Source: Corallococcus sp. NCRR
Lineage (GTDB): Bacteria > Myxococcota > Myxococcia > Myxococcales > Myxococcaceae
Reading direction: 5' to 3'
Length of the DNA: 64,000 nt
Assembly: GCF_026965535.1 (NCBI RefSeq)
Contig: NZ_CP114039.1
Location: 8,227,461-8,291,460, forward strand
The notes beneath the pieces are model-generated. The model did no database searches. It saw only the letters and a list, made by a program, of their open reading frames with translations, and was not told where the DNA came from. The translations under genes were made by a program, and so were the position numbers. Positions 1 to 9,446 of this stretch are shown here, piece after piece; positions within the stretch are counted from its first letter, which is position 1, and every line of letters starts with the position of its first letter.

Positions 1-1
1 G

Positions 2-664
2 GGCGAGGCTCCGGCCTCCATGGACGCGGACGAGGGCAGCAACGTGGTGCTGGACGCTTCCGGCATCACGGATCCGGACGGTGACGCGCTCACCTACGTC
101 TGGGCCCAGGTCGGTGGCCCCACGGTGCAGACGACGGGCGCGGGCACGGCGCAGCTGGCGTTCACCGCGCCGCAGGTCCAGGCCGACACGGCCGTGGCCT
201 TCAGCCTGACGGTGACGGACGTCGACGGCGCCGCCTCGGGCCCGTACGTCTACACGGTCAACGTGAAGCAGGTGAACCAGGCGCCGGTCGCCAAGGTCCG
301 GGTCATCTCGGGCGTGCGCGGCGGTGAGCTGGTGAAGATTGACGCCTCCACGTCCACGGATCCGGACAACGAGACGCTGACCTACACCTGGGAGCAGACG
401 GGTGGCCCGTCCGTGACGCTGACCGGCGCCAACTCCGCCGAGGCCAGCTTCACCCCGCCGGCGAAGAAGACGCTGGAGAACTACACCTTCAAGGTGACGG
501 TGAAGGACGCGGCGGGTGCCTCCAGCACCGCCAACATCACGGTCAACGTGCCGAAGGCCGACGACGGCGGTGGCTGCTCCTCCACGGGCGGCTCCGCGGG
601 TGGCATGGCGCCGCTGATGGCGCTGTTCGCGGCGATGGCGCTCGCGCGCCGTCGCAAGGCTTAA
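2..664 (+). CDS. C-terminal part of a secreted/surface protein with tandem PKD/Ig-like repeats (repeated DPDGDxLTYxW ... GGP motifs) ending in a MYXO-CTERM sorting signal (GCSSTGG...MAPLMALFAAMALARRRKA); the 5' end lies outside the window
   Basis: ORF 20..664 is open back to the window edge. Two repeats each show the acidic DPD(G/N)(D/E)xLTYxW...GGP signature. The C-terminus is Gly/Ser-rich, then Cys, then a hydrophobic helix, then RRRK, which matches the MYXO-CTERM architecture. A terminator hairpin follows. Confidence 0.7.
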   Translation, partial: GEAPASMDADEGSNVVLDASGITDPDGDALTYVWAQVGGPTVQTTGAGTAQLAFTAPQVQADTAVAFSLTVTDVDGAASGPYVYTVNVKQVNQAPVAKVRVISGVRGGELVKIDASTSTDPDNETLTYTWEQTGGPSVTLTGANSAEASFTPPAKKTLENYTFKVTVKDAAGASSTANITVNVPKADDGGGCSSTGGSAGGMAPLMALFAAMALARRRKA

Positions 665-697
665 AGCCGGCGCTTCATCCTGAAGCCCTGAAGTGAT

Positions 698-742
698 GGG
701 GGGCGGTCCTCACGAAGCGTGGGGGCCGCCCCTTCTTCATTT
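698..742 (+). terminator. Rho-independent terminator candidate: GGGGGGCGG ... CCGCCCC followed by TTCTTCATTT
   Basis: GC stem (700-706 pairs with 726-732) with a T-rich tail, immediately after the stop codon of the MYXO-CTERM protein. Confidence 0.45.
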
Positions 743-765
743 GATGCGGTAGGCTTCCGCGCCTC

Positions 766-1161
766 ATGGCACGCACGTTCCAGGTGGGAGACACCTTCAC
801 GCACGTCCGCCAGTGCGACCGGCTGCGGCCGGTGTATTACGCGGGCGCTTCCGGGGACTACAACCCCATCCACATCGACCCGGAGGTGGGCCGGCAGGCC
901 GGCTTCAACGGCGTCATCCTCCAGGGGCTCTGCACGCTGGGCTGGGCGGTGGAGGCCGTGGCCGTCTTCGTGGGAGACCCGGGCCTGGTGCGCCGGGTGA
1001 AGGTGAGATTCTCCCGGCCGGTGCTGCCGGAGGACACCGTCACCTTCCAGGGCCGCGTCACCGCCATCGCGGAAGGGCGGCTCACCACCGAAGTCACCGC
1101 CACCAACCAGCGCGGCGAGCCCGTCCTCCGGGGCGCCGTCGTCGAAACCTCGCTCGGATAG
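766..1161 (+). CDS. MaoC-like (R)-specific enoyl-CoA hydratase/dehydratase, hot-dog fold (catalytic subunit type)
   Basis: 131 aa; contains the YAGASGDYNPIHID hot-dog hydratase motif (D...NPIH). Confidence 0.8.
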   Translation: MARTFQVGDTFTHVRQCDRLRPVYYAGASGDYNPIHIDPEVGRQAGFNGVILQGLCTLGWAVEAVAVFVGDPGLVRRVKVRFSRPVLPEDTVTFQGRVTAIAEGRLTTEVTATNQRGEPVLRGAVVETSLG

Positions 1162-1163
1162 CC

Positions 1164-1646
1164 ATGGCCCTGGACCCCAAGTTCGTCGGCCGTGCGTACG
1201 GCCCCTTCACCTATGAGATTGGCCGGGAGAAGCTGCGCGAGTTCTCCCTCATCCTCGGCGGCGCCGTGCCCTCCGCGGGCACCTTCGGCGAGCCCCCCGC
1301 GCAGGTGAGCCCCCTGCTCTACTCTCGGGAGGCGGCCCAGGCGGGCCCGTACGGCGACGTCATCGCCTTCCCCAGCTTCGCGGTGGTGTTCGCCATCCGC
1401 CCCTTCAGCGCCGCCATCGCGGATCCGGAGCTGGGCGTGGACCGCGTACGGCTGGTGCACGGGGAGCAGGAGCTGGAGTTCCTGGGCGTGATGCGCCCCG
1501 GGGACGTGCTCACCACCACGGGCTCCATCACGGAGCTGTACCGCAAGGCGGGGATGGACTTCCTCGTCGTCACCACGGAGACGCGCAACGCGAAGGGCGA
1601 GCCCGTGGTGCGCGGCGTGTGGACGGCCGTCATCCGCCCCGCGTGA
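1164..1646 (+). CDS. MaoC-family dehydratase N-terminal-like (FAS1-like) hot-dog partner subunit
   Basis: 160 aa beginning MALDPKFVGRAYGPFTYEIGREKLREF, typical of the non-catalytic FAS1-like dehydratase domain. The start codon lies 2 nt after the stop of the MaoC gene, suggesting a HadAB-like two-subunit dehydratase. Confidence 0.7.
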   Translation: MALDPKFVGRAYGPFTYEIGREKLREFSLILGGAVPSAGTFGEPPAQVSPLLYSREAAQAGPYGDVIAFPSFAVVFAIRPFSAAIADPELGVDRVRLVHGEQELEFLGVMRPGDVLTTTGSITELYRKAGMDFLVVTTETRNAKGEPVVRGVWTAVIRPA

Positions 1647-1664
1647 CGTCAGCGCCGCGCGCGG

Positions 1665-2441
1665 CTACTCGCCGGGGGCGATGATGCCCTCGTCGAGCAG
1701 CTGCGCGAGGATGCGCGCGGTGTCCAGGCGCGACATGCCGGACAGCGCGAAGAGGTCGTCGAAGCTCACCGCGCCGTCAATCTGCGCCAGCACGAAGCCC
1801 GCGCGGTGGTCCAGGTTGAGCCAGATGATGTCATCCGGCTGCAACCGCACGCGCGGCCTGCGGTGCAAATCCCCCAGCCGCGCCTCCAGCATGGACACGA
1901 GGATGCGCTCGCTGCGATCCCTCAGCGCCTCCACGCGCGGGTTCTCCGGCGCCAGGGACTGGGCGCGGCGCAACAGCTCCACCGCGCCGGAGTGGTCATC
2001 CAGCGCCAGCAGGTCCTCCGCGCCGCGCAGCAGGCTCTCCACCTCCGAGCCCTCCGGCAGCCCGCCCGCTGGCGCGAAGGTGTCCGGCAGCCCGAACTCC
2101 TGCGTGCGGTGCGCCTCCGCGATGAGGTCCAACGCATCGCCGCGCATGCCCGTGCCCTCGGGCAGGCTCACGGATTCACGCAAGGGGGCTTCCACCGGGC
2201 CGGGCGCGGTGGGGCCGGCCCAGGCGCCCCAGTCCGCCTCCTGCTCCGGGCCCGCCAGGTTCCACCCGGTGTCCCCACCGGGCTCCACCGGGCCGTCCCG
2301 CCCCAGGAGCCGGCGCGCGCGTGCGTTGGCCGGGTCCAGCTCCAGGGCCCGGGCGAACAGCCTCTCCGCGCCGGACATGTCGCCACTCAGTCGCAGCAGC
2401 AACCCGGCTTCGACCAGCGCCTTGGCCCGGAGCGCGTTCAT
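1665..2441 (-). CDS. TPR-like hypothetical protein, last gene of the J-domain/Hsp70 operon
   Basis: 258 aa; the N-terminus has a TPR-like ALELDPANARA motif and the rest is acidic and low-complexity. The start is 4 nt downstream of the Hsp70 stop codon on the same strand. Confidence 0.55.
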   Translation of the reverse strand: MNALRAKALVEAGLLLRLSGDMSGAERLFARALELDPANARARRLLGRDGPVEPGGDTGWNLAGPEQEADWGAWAGPTAPGPVEAPLRESVSLPEGTGMRGDALDLIAEAHRTQEFGLPDTFAPAGGLPEGSEVESLLRGAEDLLALDDHSGAVELLRRAQSLAPENPRVEALRDRSERILVSMLEARLGDLHRRPRVRLQPDDIIWLNLDHRAGFVLAQIDGAVSFDDLFALSGMSRLDTARILAQLLDEGIIAPGE

Positions 2442-2444
2442 GGG

Positions 2445-4292
2445 CTACCTCCCCGGCGTTCCGCGCGGGCCCGCGGAGCGCAAGAGCGGCAGGCTCTGCG
2501 CCAGGGCATCGCAGGCCCGGGTGAGCACGCCTACGTCGTCCGCGCCGCGCGCCTGGCGCGCGGAATCCAGGGCGGCCTCCGCGCGGGCGACGACGTCCGG
2601 CGACAGGCCTCCGGCCCCGGGCATGAGCCGCACGCGGGAGAGCGCGTCCACCAGGTCGCGGGCGAGGATGTCCAGCTCCACGCGCTTGGCCTTCAGCTCC
2701 TCCGTGTTGCGCGCGGCCACCAGCCAGTCGCGCTGCTCGTCCATGATGCGGCGCAGCTCGTCCTCCGTCAGGCCGCTGGACGCGGTGACGGTGATGGACT
2801 GGCGCAGGCCCGTGTCGCGGTCGCGCGCGGACACGGAGACGATGCCCTCCGCGTTGATGTCGAACGTCACTTCAATCTCCACCTGCCCGCGCGGCGCCTC
2901 GCGCAGGCCGGTGAGGAGGAACTCGCCCAACAGCTCGTTGTGGTGCGCGAGCTCGTGCTCGCCCTGGAGCACCATGATCTTCACCGTGCGCTGGAAGTCC
3001 TTGGAGGTGGCGAACACCTCCGTGGCGGACGTGGGCACGGTGGTGTTGCGCGGAATCAGTCGCCGCACGTAGCCGCCCGCGATGGCCACGCCCATGCTCT
3101 GCGGCGTGACGTCCAGCAGCAGCAGTTCGCTCTCGTGGCCCACCAGCGCGTGCGCCTGGATGGCGGCGCCCAGGGCGACCACTTCCTCCGCGTGCACGCC
3201 CTTGCAGGGCTCGCGGCGGAAGTACTGGCGCACCTGCTCCACGATGCGGGGCATGCGCGACATGCCCCCCACGAGGATGACCTCCTTCAGGTCCGAGGGG
3301 CGCACCTTCGCTTCACCCAGGACTTCCGACGTGATGCCCACCAGGCGCTCGCCCAGGTCCGCCGTGAGCTCCTCCAGCTTCTCGCGGGTGAGCGTGGACT
3401 GCAGGTGCAGCGCGGCGCCTCCGCCCGGTGGCGTGCAGATGAAGGGCAGGTGCACCTGCGTCTCCTTCACCGACGACAGCTCCACCTTCGCCTTCTCCGC
3501 GGCGTCCTTCAGCCGCTGCAGCGCCATGCGGTCCTTGCGCAGGTCGATGCCGTGTTCCTTGGCGAAGCCGAACACCATCCACTCGATGATGCGGTGATCC
3601 CAGTCCTCGCCGCCGAGGAAGGTGTCGCCGCCGGTGGCCACGACGTCGAAGACGCCGTTGTTGATCTCCAGCACCGACACGTCGAAGGTGCCGCCGCCCA
3701 CGTCCAGCACGGCGACCTTGCCGTTCACCGTGCGGCCGAAGCCGTAGGCCAGCGCCGCGGCGGTGGGCTCGTTGATGATGCGCAGGACGTCCAGCCCCGC
3801 GATGCGGCCCGCGTCCTTGGTGGCCTGGCGTTGTCCGTCGTTGAAGTAGGCCGGCACGGTGATGACGGCCTGGGTGACGGGCCGGCCGAAGTGCGCCTCC
3901 GCGTCCGCCTTCAGCTCCGCGAGAATCATGGCGCTGACCTCCGGCACGGCGAGGTCGCGGCCCGCCAGCCGGATGCGCACGTCGTCATGCGCGCCGCACA
4001 CCACCTGGTACGTGAGCGCGCGCAGCGCGTCCTGCACCGGGTGCGAGGAGAACTTGCGGCCGATGAGGCGTTTGGCCGCGGACACCGTCTCCTGCGGGTT
4101 GGTGATGGCCTGCCGCTTGGCGATGCCGCCCACCAGCCGCTTGCCGTTCTTCGACACCGCCACCACGGACGGCGTGAGGGGCTGGCCGGTGCGGTTCTTG
4201 ATGATGATGGGCTGACCGTCCTGCACCGTGGCGACGAGGCTGTTCGTCGTCCCCAGGTCGATGCCAATCAGCGGTTCGGGCTCAGCAGCCAT
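2445..4292 (-). CDS. Hsp70 family chaperone (DnaK paralogue, non-canonical)
   Basis: 615 aa with the [16 protein letters not shown] and [12 protein letters not shown] actin-like ATPase motifs. The C-terminal substrate-binding and lid region is divergent. Confidence 0.9.
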   Translation of the reverse strand: MAAEPEPLIGIDLGTTNSLVATVQDGQPIIIKNRTGQPLTPSVVAVSKNGKRLVGGIAKRQAITNPQETVSAAKRLIGRKFSSHPVQDALRALTYQVVCGAHDDVRIRLAGRDLAVPEVSAMILAELKADAEAHFGRPVTQAVITVPAYFNDGQRQATKDAGRIAGLDVLRIINEPTAAALAYGFGRTVNGKVAVLDVGGGTFDVSVLEINNGVFDVVATGGDTFLGGEDWDHRIIEWMVFGFAKEHGIDLRKDRMALQRLKDAAEKAKVELSSVKETQVHLPFICTPPGGGAALHLQSTLTREKLEELTADLGERLVGITSEVLGEAKVRPSDLKEVILVGGMSRMPRIVEQVRQYFRREPCKGVHAEEVVALGAAIQAHALVGHESELLLLDVTPQSMGVAIAGGYVRRLIPRNTTVPTSATEVFATSKDFQRTVKIMVLQGEHELAHHNELLGEFLLTGLREAPRGQVEIEVTFDINAEGIVSVSARDRDTGLRQSITVTASSGLTEDELRRIMDEQRDWLVAARNTEELKAKRVELDILARDLVDALSRVRLMPGAGGLSPDVVARAEAALDSARQARGADDVGVLTRACDALAQSLPLLRSAGPRGTPGR

Positions 4293-4310
4293 GGGGACGC
4301 ATGCACCTCA

Positions 4311-5648
4311 TCACGTGAACGTCCAGCGCAGCTTCTTGAGGCCAGCGCGAGCATCGGCGTTGTCGGGGTCCAGGCGCACGACCTCCTCGAAGTGGTGCTT
4401 GGCCTGCTTCTTCTGCCCCGCCACCAGGAGCACCTGGGCCAGGAGCAGCTGGTAGTCCGCGCGCCCTGGCTTCAGCTCCACCGCGCGCTGCGCGAGCTTC
4501 AGCACCTCCTGCGCGTCCTGCGCCAGCTCCCGCCCCACGCGCGCCGCCTGGTAGGCCGCCTCCGGGTTGTCCCCGTTGAGCGACACGGCCAGCTTGTACG
4601 CGGCCTGCGCGCCGGCGAAGTCGCCGCGCATCTCCAGCTGCTGGCCGCGATCCACCTCCGCCTGCGCGCGCGCCAGGTCGTGCTTGCGGCGCGCCTCCAC
4701 CAGCAACTGAGAGACCTCTCGGTTCTTCGGGTCCAGGCCCAGCACGTGGTTGAAGTCCTGGTAGGCCCGCTCGAAGTCGCCGCGCGCGGTGGCCGCCCTG
4801 CCCCGGGCGATGAGCTCCGTGAGCTTGTGGCTGCGCGCCATGTACGGGTGGCGGGCGAAGCGGGCCTGGCGCTCGGCGCGGCGGGCCTCGGACTCCGTGT
4901 CCTCTGGCGGCGGCGCGGCGGAGGGCTGCACCGTGGCGAAGGACCCCGAGGGCGGGCGAGTCCCCGGAGCGGCGGGGGGCGGCACCGCCGCGAAGCCGCT
5001 GCCGGACACCGTGCGCGGGGGCGCGGCGGCCGGAGGAGGCGTCGTCGGGACGCGCGCGGGCGGGGCCGCGGGCGGCGTCGCGGGGGACCGTGCAGCAGGG
5101 GACGGCTCCTGGCGGCCGAGGGCGTTGTGGGCGTCCGTGAGGCGCTTGAAGATGCGCTCCAGCCGGGCGCGGAAGCTGCCCAGGTTCTTGCCGAAGTAGC
5201 GGTCCGGGTGGAAGCGGCGGGAGGCGTTGTAATACGCCTGCTTCACCTCCTGGGCGCTGGCGCCCCGGGCCACGCCCAGCACCGCGTGGTGGTCCATCCC
5301 GTCCAGCGAGCGCTCCATCTCGATGATGTCGCGCTTCTGGTCCGGCGACAGGTCCACCTCCTCCGCCATGGCGGCGTCCACCGCCGGGGCGGCGGGCGCG
5401 GCGCGCGGCACCACCCGCGCGGGCACGATGGCGCCCTTGGCGCGCAGCGCCAGCAGCACGGCGATGGTGCGCGCCTCGCCCAGCGAGGAGCGGGACAGCA
5501 CGGCGTCGATGCGCTCGACGCGGCCCACCAATGCCAGCACGGAGCCCTCTTCCGGGCTGAGCTGGAGACGGGCCGGGTCCAGGTGGGGCACCGTGGCGAT
5601 GTGGTCGGTCCTGCCCCCCAGGCCGACGATGGGGTTGGGCGCGCTCAA
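4311..5648 (-). CDS. J-domain (DnaJ-like) protein with Pro-rich linker and C-terminal TPR repeats
   Basis: 445 aa; the J-domain carries an HPD motif (YYNASRRFHPDRY). A long PAAPPA-rich linker precedes C-terminal TPR-like repeats. It sits immediately upstream of the Hsp70 gene on the same strand. Confidence 0.8.
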   Translation of the reverse strand: MSAPNPIVGLGGRTDHIATVPHLDPARLQLSPEEGSVLALVGRVERIDAVLSRSSLGEARTIAVLLALRAKGAIVPARVVPRAAPAAPAVDAAMAEEVDLSPDQKRDIIEMERSLDGMDHHAVLGVARGASAQEVKQAYYNASRRFHPDRYFGKNLGSFRARLERIFKRLTDAHNALGRQEPSPAARSPATPPAAPPARVPTTPPPAAAPPRTVSGSGFAAVPPPAAPGTRPPSGSFATVQPSAAPPPEDTESEARRAERQARFARHPYMARSHKLTELIARGRAATARGDFERAYQDFNHVLGLDPKNREVSQLLVEARRKHDLARAQAEVDRGQQLEMRGDFAGAQAAYKLAVSLNGDNPEAAYQAARVGRELAQDAQEVLKLAQRAVELKPGRADYQLLLAQVLLVAGQKKQAKHHFEEVVRLDPDNADARAGLKKLRWTFT

Positions 5649-5740
5649 GGTGTCAGTTCCGCGGGCTGGCGAATCCCCAAGTGTAGGTGTCCGGGAAGCA
5701 GGGCGTCAAACCTCCCGGGACCGTCAAACCGCTCCCCCTT

Positions 5741-6964
5741 CTACAGCGTGGAGAGGACACGCTGGAGGATGCCCAGCGCTTCGTCCAGTTCGTTCCGCGT
5801 GATGATGAGGGGCGGGGCGAACCGGAGCGTCACCTCCCCTGCGGAATTCACCAGAAGGCCGTTCTCGCGCAGCTTCGCGATGACGGGGGCGACCTCCCGG
5901 TCCAGCTCCACGCCCAGCAGCAGCCCCTGCCCGCGCACGGCCTTGATGCGGCCCTCCGGCAGCGCGGCCTGGAGCGCCCGCGCGCCAGCGAGGAAGTGCT
6001 CCCCCTTGGCCCGCACCTCCTCCAGGAAGCCGGGCTCACGCATCAGGCGGATGACCACGTTGCCCGCGGCGGCGGACACCAGGTTGCCGCCGAAGGTGGA
6101 GCCGTGGGTGCCCGCGGAGAGGCTGCCGGCCAGCTCCTCGTGGCAGAGCATGGCGCCCATGGGCAGCCCGTTGCCCAGCGCCTTGGCGATGCTGATGGCG
6201 TCCGGCCGGATGCCGTGGTGCATGAAGCCGAAGGGCTGGCCGGTGCGGCCCATGCCCGTCTGGACCTCGTCCACGAGCAGGAGCAGGCCCTTCTCGTCGC
6301 AGAGGGCGCGCAGGCCCTGGAAGAAGCCCGGGGGCGCCATGCGCACGCCGCCCTCGCCCTGGATGGGCTCCACCAGGATGGCGGCGGTGGACGGCCCCAC
6401 GGCGTCGCGCACGACGTCCAGGTCGCCGAACGGCAGGTGGCGGAAGCCCTGGGGCAGCGGCTCGAAGCCGGCGTGGTACTTCGGCTGGCCGGTGGCGGTG
6501 ACGGTGGCCAGCGTGCGGCCGTGGAAGCCCTTCTCGAAGGAGAGGATCTCGAAGCGCTCCGGCTGGCCCCGGTCCTTCATCACCTTGCGGGTCAGCTTGA
6601 TGAGGGCCTCGTTGGCCTCCGCGCCGGAGTTGCAGAAGAACGCGCGCGGCAGGCCCGCCCAGTCGGTGAGCTGCGCGGCCAGGTCGATCTGCGGCTGCGA
6701 GTAGAAGACGTTGGAGACGTGCCACAGCGTCTCCAGCTGCGCCTTCGCCGCCGCGACCACCTCCGGGTGGCAGTGGCCCAGCGCGCACACGGCGATGCCG
6801 CCAATGCAATCCAGGTACGCCTTGCCATCCGCGTCCCACACCCGCGTGCCCTGCCCGCGGACCAGGGCAATGGGTTGCTGCTTGTAGTTCTGCAGCAGGT
6901 GCTGCTTCGCCTTCTGGATGAGGCCTTCGTTACCAGGGGCGGATGCGGGGGACGGCGTTTGCAA
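5741..6964 (-). CDS. argD: Class-III PLP aminotransferase, acetylornithine aminotransferase-like
   Basis: 407 aa with the LLVDEVQTGMGRTG motif and the class-III aminotransferase fold signature throughout. Confidence 0.8.
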   Translation of the reverse strand: MQTPSPASAPGNEGLIQKAKQHLLQNYKQQPIALVRGQGTRVWDADGKAYLDCIGGIAVCALGHCHPEVVAAAKAQLETLWHVSNVFYSQPQIDLAAQLTDWAGLPRAFFCNSGAEANEALIKLTRKVMKDRGQPERFEILSFEKGFHGRTLATVTATGQPKYHAGFEPLPQGFRHLPFGDLDVVRDAVGPSTAAILVEPIQGEGGVRMAPPGFFQGLRALCDEKGLLLLVDEVQTGMGRTGQPFGFMHHGIRPDAISIAKALGNGLPMGAMLCHEELAGSLSAGTHGSTFGGNLVSAAAGNVVIRLMREPGFLEEVRAKGEHFLAGARALQAALPEGRIKAVRGQGLLLGVELDREVAPVIAKLRENGLLVNSAGEVTLRFAPPLIITRNELDEALGILQRVLSTL

Positions 6965-7023
6965 GGTGGGGTACCTCTCTCTTCCTGATGACGCGGTGGG
7001 ACGACGCGGCGGACCCTAGCGCG

Positions 7024-8421
<1,398 letters not shown>

Positions 8422-8433
8422 GGGGCGGTCCTC

Positions 8434-8961
8434 TCAGAGCTCTTCGTAGGAGACGTTGGCGTTGGTGTAGACGCAGATGTCCGCGGCGATGGCCATGGCC
8501 TGCGTGCAGATGTCGCGGGCGGACAGGTTGGAGTGCGCCTGGAGGGCGCGCGCGGCGGCCAGGGCGTAGTGCCCGCCGCTGCCCACGGCGGCGATGCCGT
8601 GGTCCGGTTCGATGACGTCGCCCGCGCCGGACAGGATGAAGGTCTTCTCCTTGTCCGCCACGATCAGCAGCGCCTCCAGGCGGCGGAGGAAGCGGTCGGT
8701 GCGCCAGTCCTTGCCCAGCTCCACGCACGCGCGGGCCAGGTTCTTCTGGTGCTCCTTGAGCTTGGCCTCGAAGCGCTCGAAGAGCGTGAAGGCGTCCGCG
8801 GTGCTGCCCGCGAAGCCGGCGAGCACCTGCCCCTCGCCGAGCTTGCGCACCTTGCGCGCCGTGTTCTTCATGATGGTCTTGTCGAGGCTGACCTGGCCGT
8901 CACCCGCGATGACGACCTTCCCTTCGCGGCGGACGCAGAGGATGGTGGTTCCGTGGAACAT
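8434..8961 (-). CDS. hslV: ATP-dependent protease subunit HslV
   Basis: 175 aa beginning MFHGTTIL (catalytic N-terminal Thr after Met removal) with the GSGGxYAL motif. Confidence 0.92.
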   Translation of the reverse strand: MFHGTTILCVRREGKVVIAGDGQVSLDKTIMKNTARKVRKLGEGQVLAGFAGSTADAFTLFERFEAKLKEHQKNLARACVELGKDWRTDRFLRRLEALLIVADKEKTFILSGAGDVIEPDHGIAAVGSGGHYALAAARALQAHSNLSARDICTQAMAIAADICVYTNANVSYEEL

Positions 8962-8994
8962 GACCGGGGGTTTAACAAGACCACCCGGCCGCGA

Positions 8995-9020
8995 CCCACA
9001 AAAACCGCGCGGCTGTCCGC
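8995..9020 (-). terminator. GC hairpin plus T5 run downstream of the DUF1801 gene (terminator candidate)
   Basis: Minus-strand reading GCGGACAGCCGCGCGG TTTTTGT; it separates the DUF1801 gene from the hslVU promoter region. Confidence 0.3.
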
Positions 9021-9042
9021 TCCCTCACCCTGCGACAGGCGC

Positions 9043-9432
9043 TCAGGTCGCGGTCGCTTTCATCCAGCGGCCCACGAGCTTAATCAGGGCCGCCTTCCTC
9101 GCCTTCACCGTCTTCGCGTCCGGCAGCGTCACGACGCCCCGGTCCTTCGCCAGCCACTCCACCAGGCCGGAGTCGTCCTCGAAGGCGAAGCCCTCCGCGT
9201 CCTTCACCTTCGCGCCCCGGTGGAGGATGACCTGGAAGATGCCCCTGGGGGCCAGGCGGAACGTCACGCGGTCATCACCCGCGTGGACGAAGCTGGGGGC
9301 CTTCCATTTGATCCGCTCGGTGATGCTGTCGTCCGAGTCCAGGATGGCCGTGCGCACGGCTTGGATCTCCGCCTTCAGCGGGTGCTCGAGCTCCGCCATG
9401 AATTGGTCGACTTCGCCGTTGCGCCTGGCCAT
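9043..9432 (-). CDS. DUF1801 (YdhG-like) domain protein
   Basis: Start chosen at the internal Met (MARRNGEVDQF...) preceded by a GGGAAGGGGA RBS. The longer ORF (start 9576) would overlap the upstream gene by 130 nt. Confidence 0.6.
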   Translation of the reverse strand: MARRNGEVDQFMAELEHPLKAEIQAVRTAILDSDDSITERIKWKAPSFVHAGDDRVTFRLAPRGIFQVILHRGAKVKDAEGFAFEDDSGLVEWLAKDRGVVTLPDAKTVKARKAALIKLVGRWMKATAT

Positions 9433-9446
9433 TCCTGTCCCCTTCC

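Noticed and set aside
813-1646. 277-aa ORF fusing across the two MaoC genes
   Set aside because: The first 117 codons overlap the catalytic MaoC gene in another frame and translate to Arg/Gly/Pro junk. Only the portion from the ATG at 1164 has dehydratase similarity.
1806-6704. 1632-aa plus-strand ORF spanning several genes
   Set aside because: It is antisense to the Hsp70, J-domain and aminotransferase genes, all of which have clear homology. Its translation is Arg/Ala/Gly/Leu-rich low complexity, typical of an open frame in 70% GC DNA.
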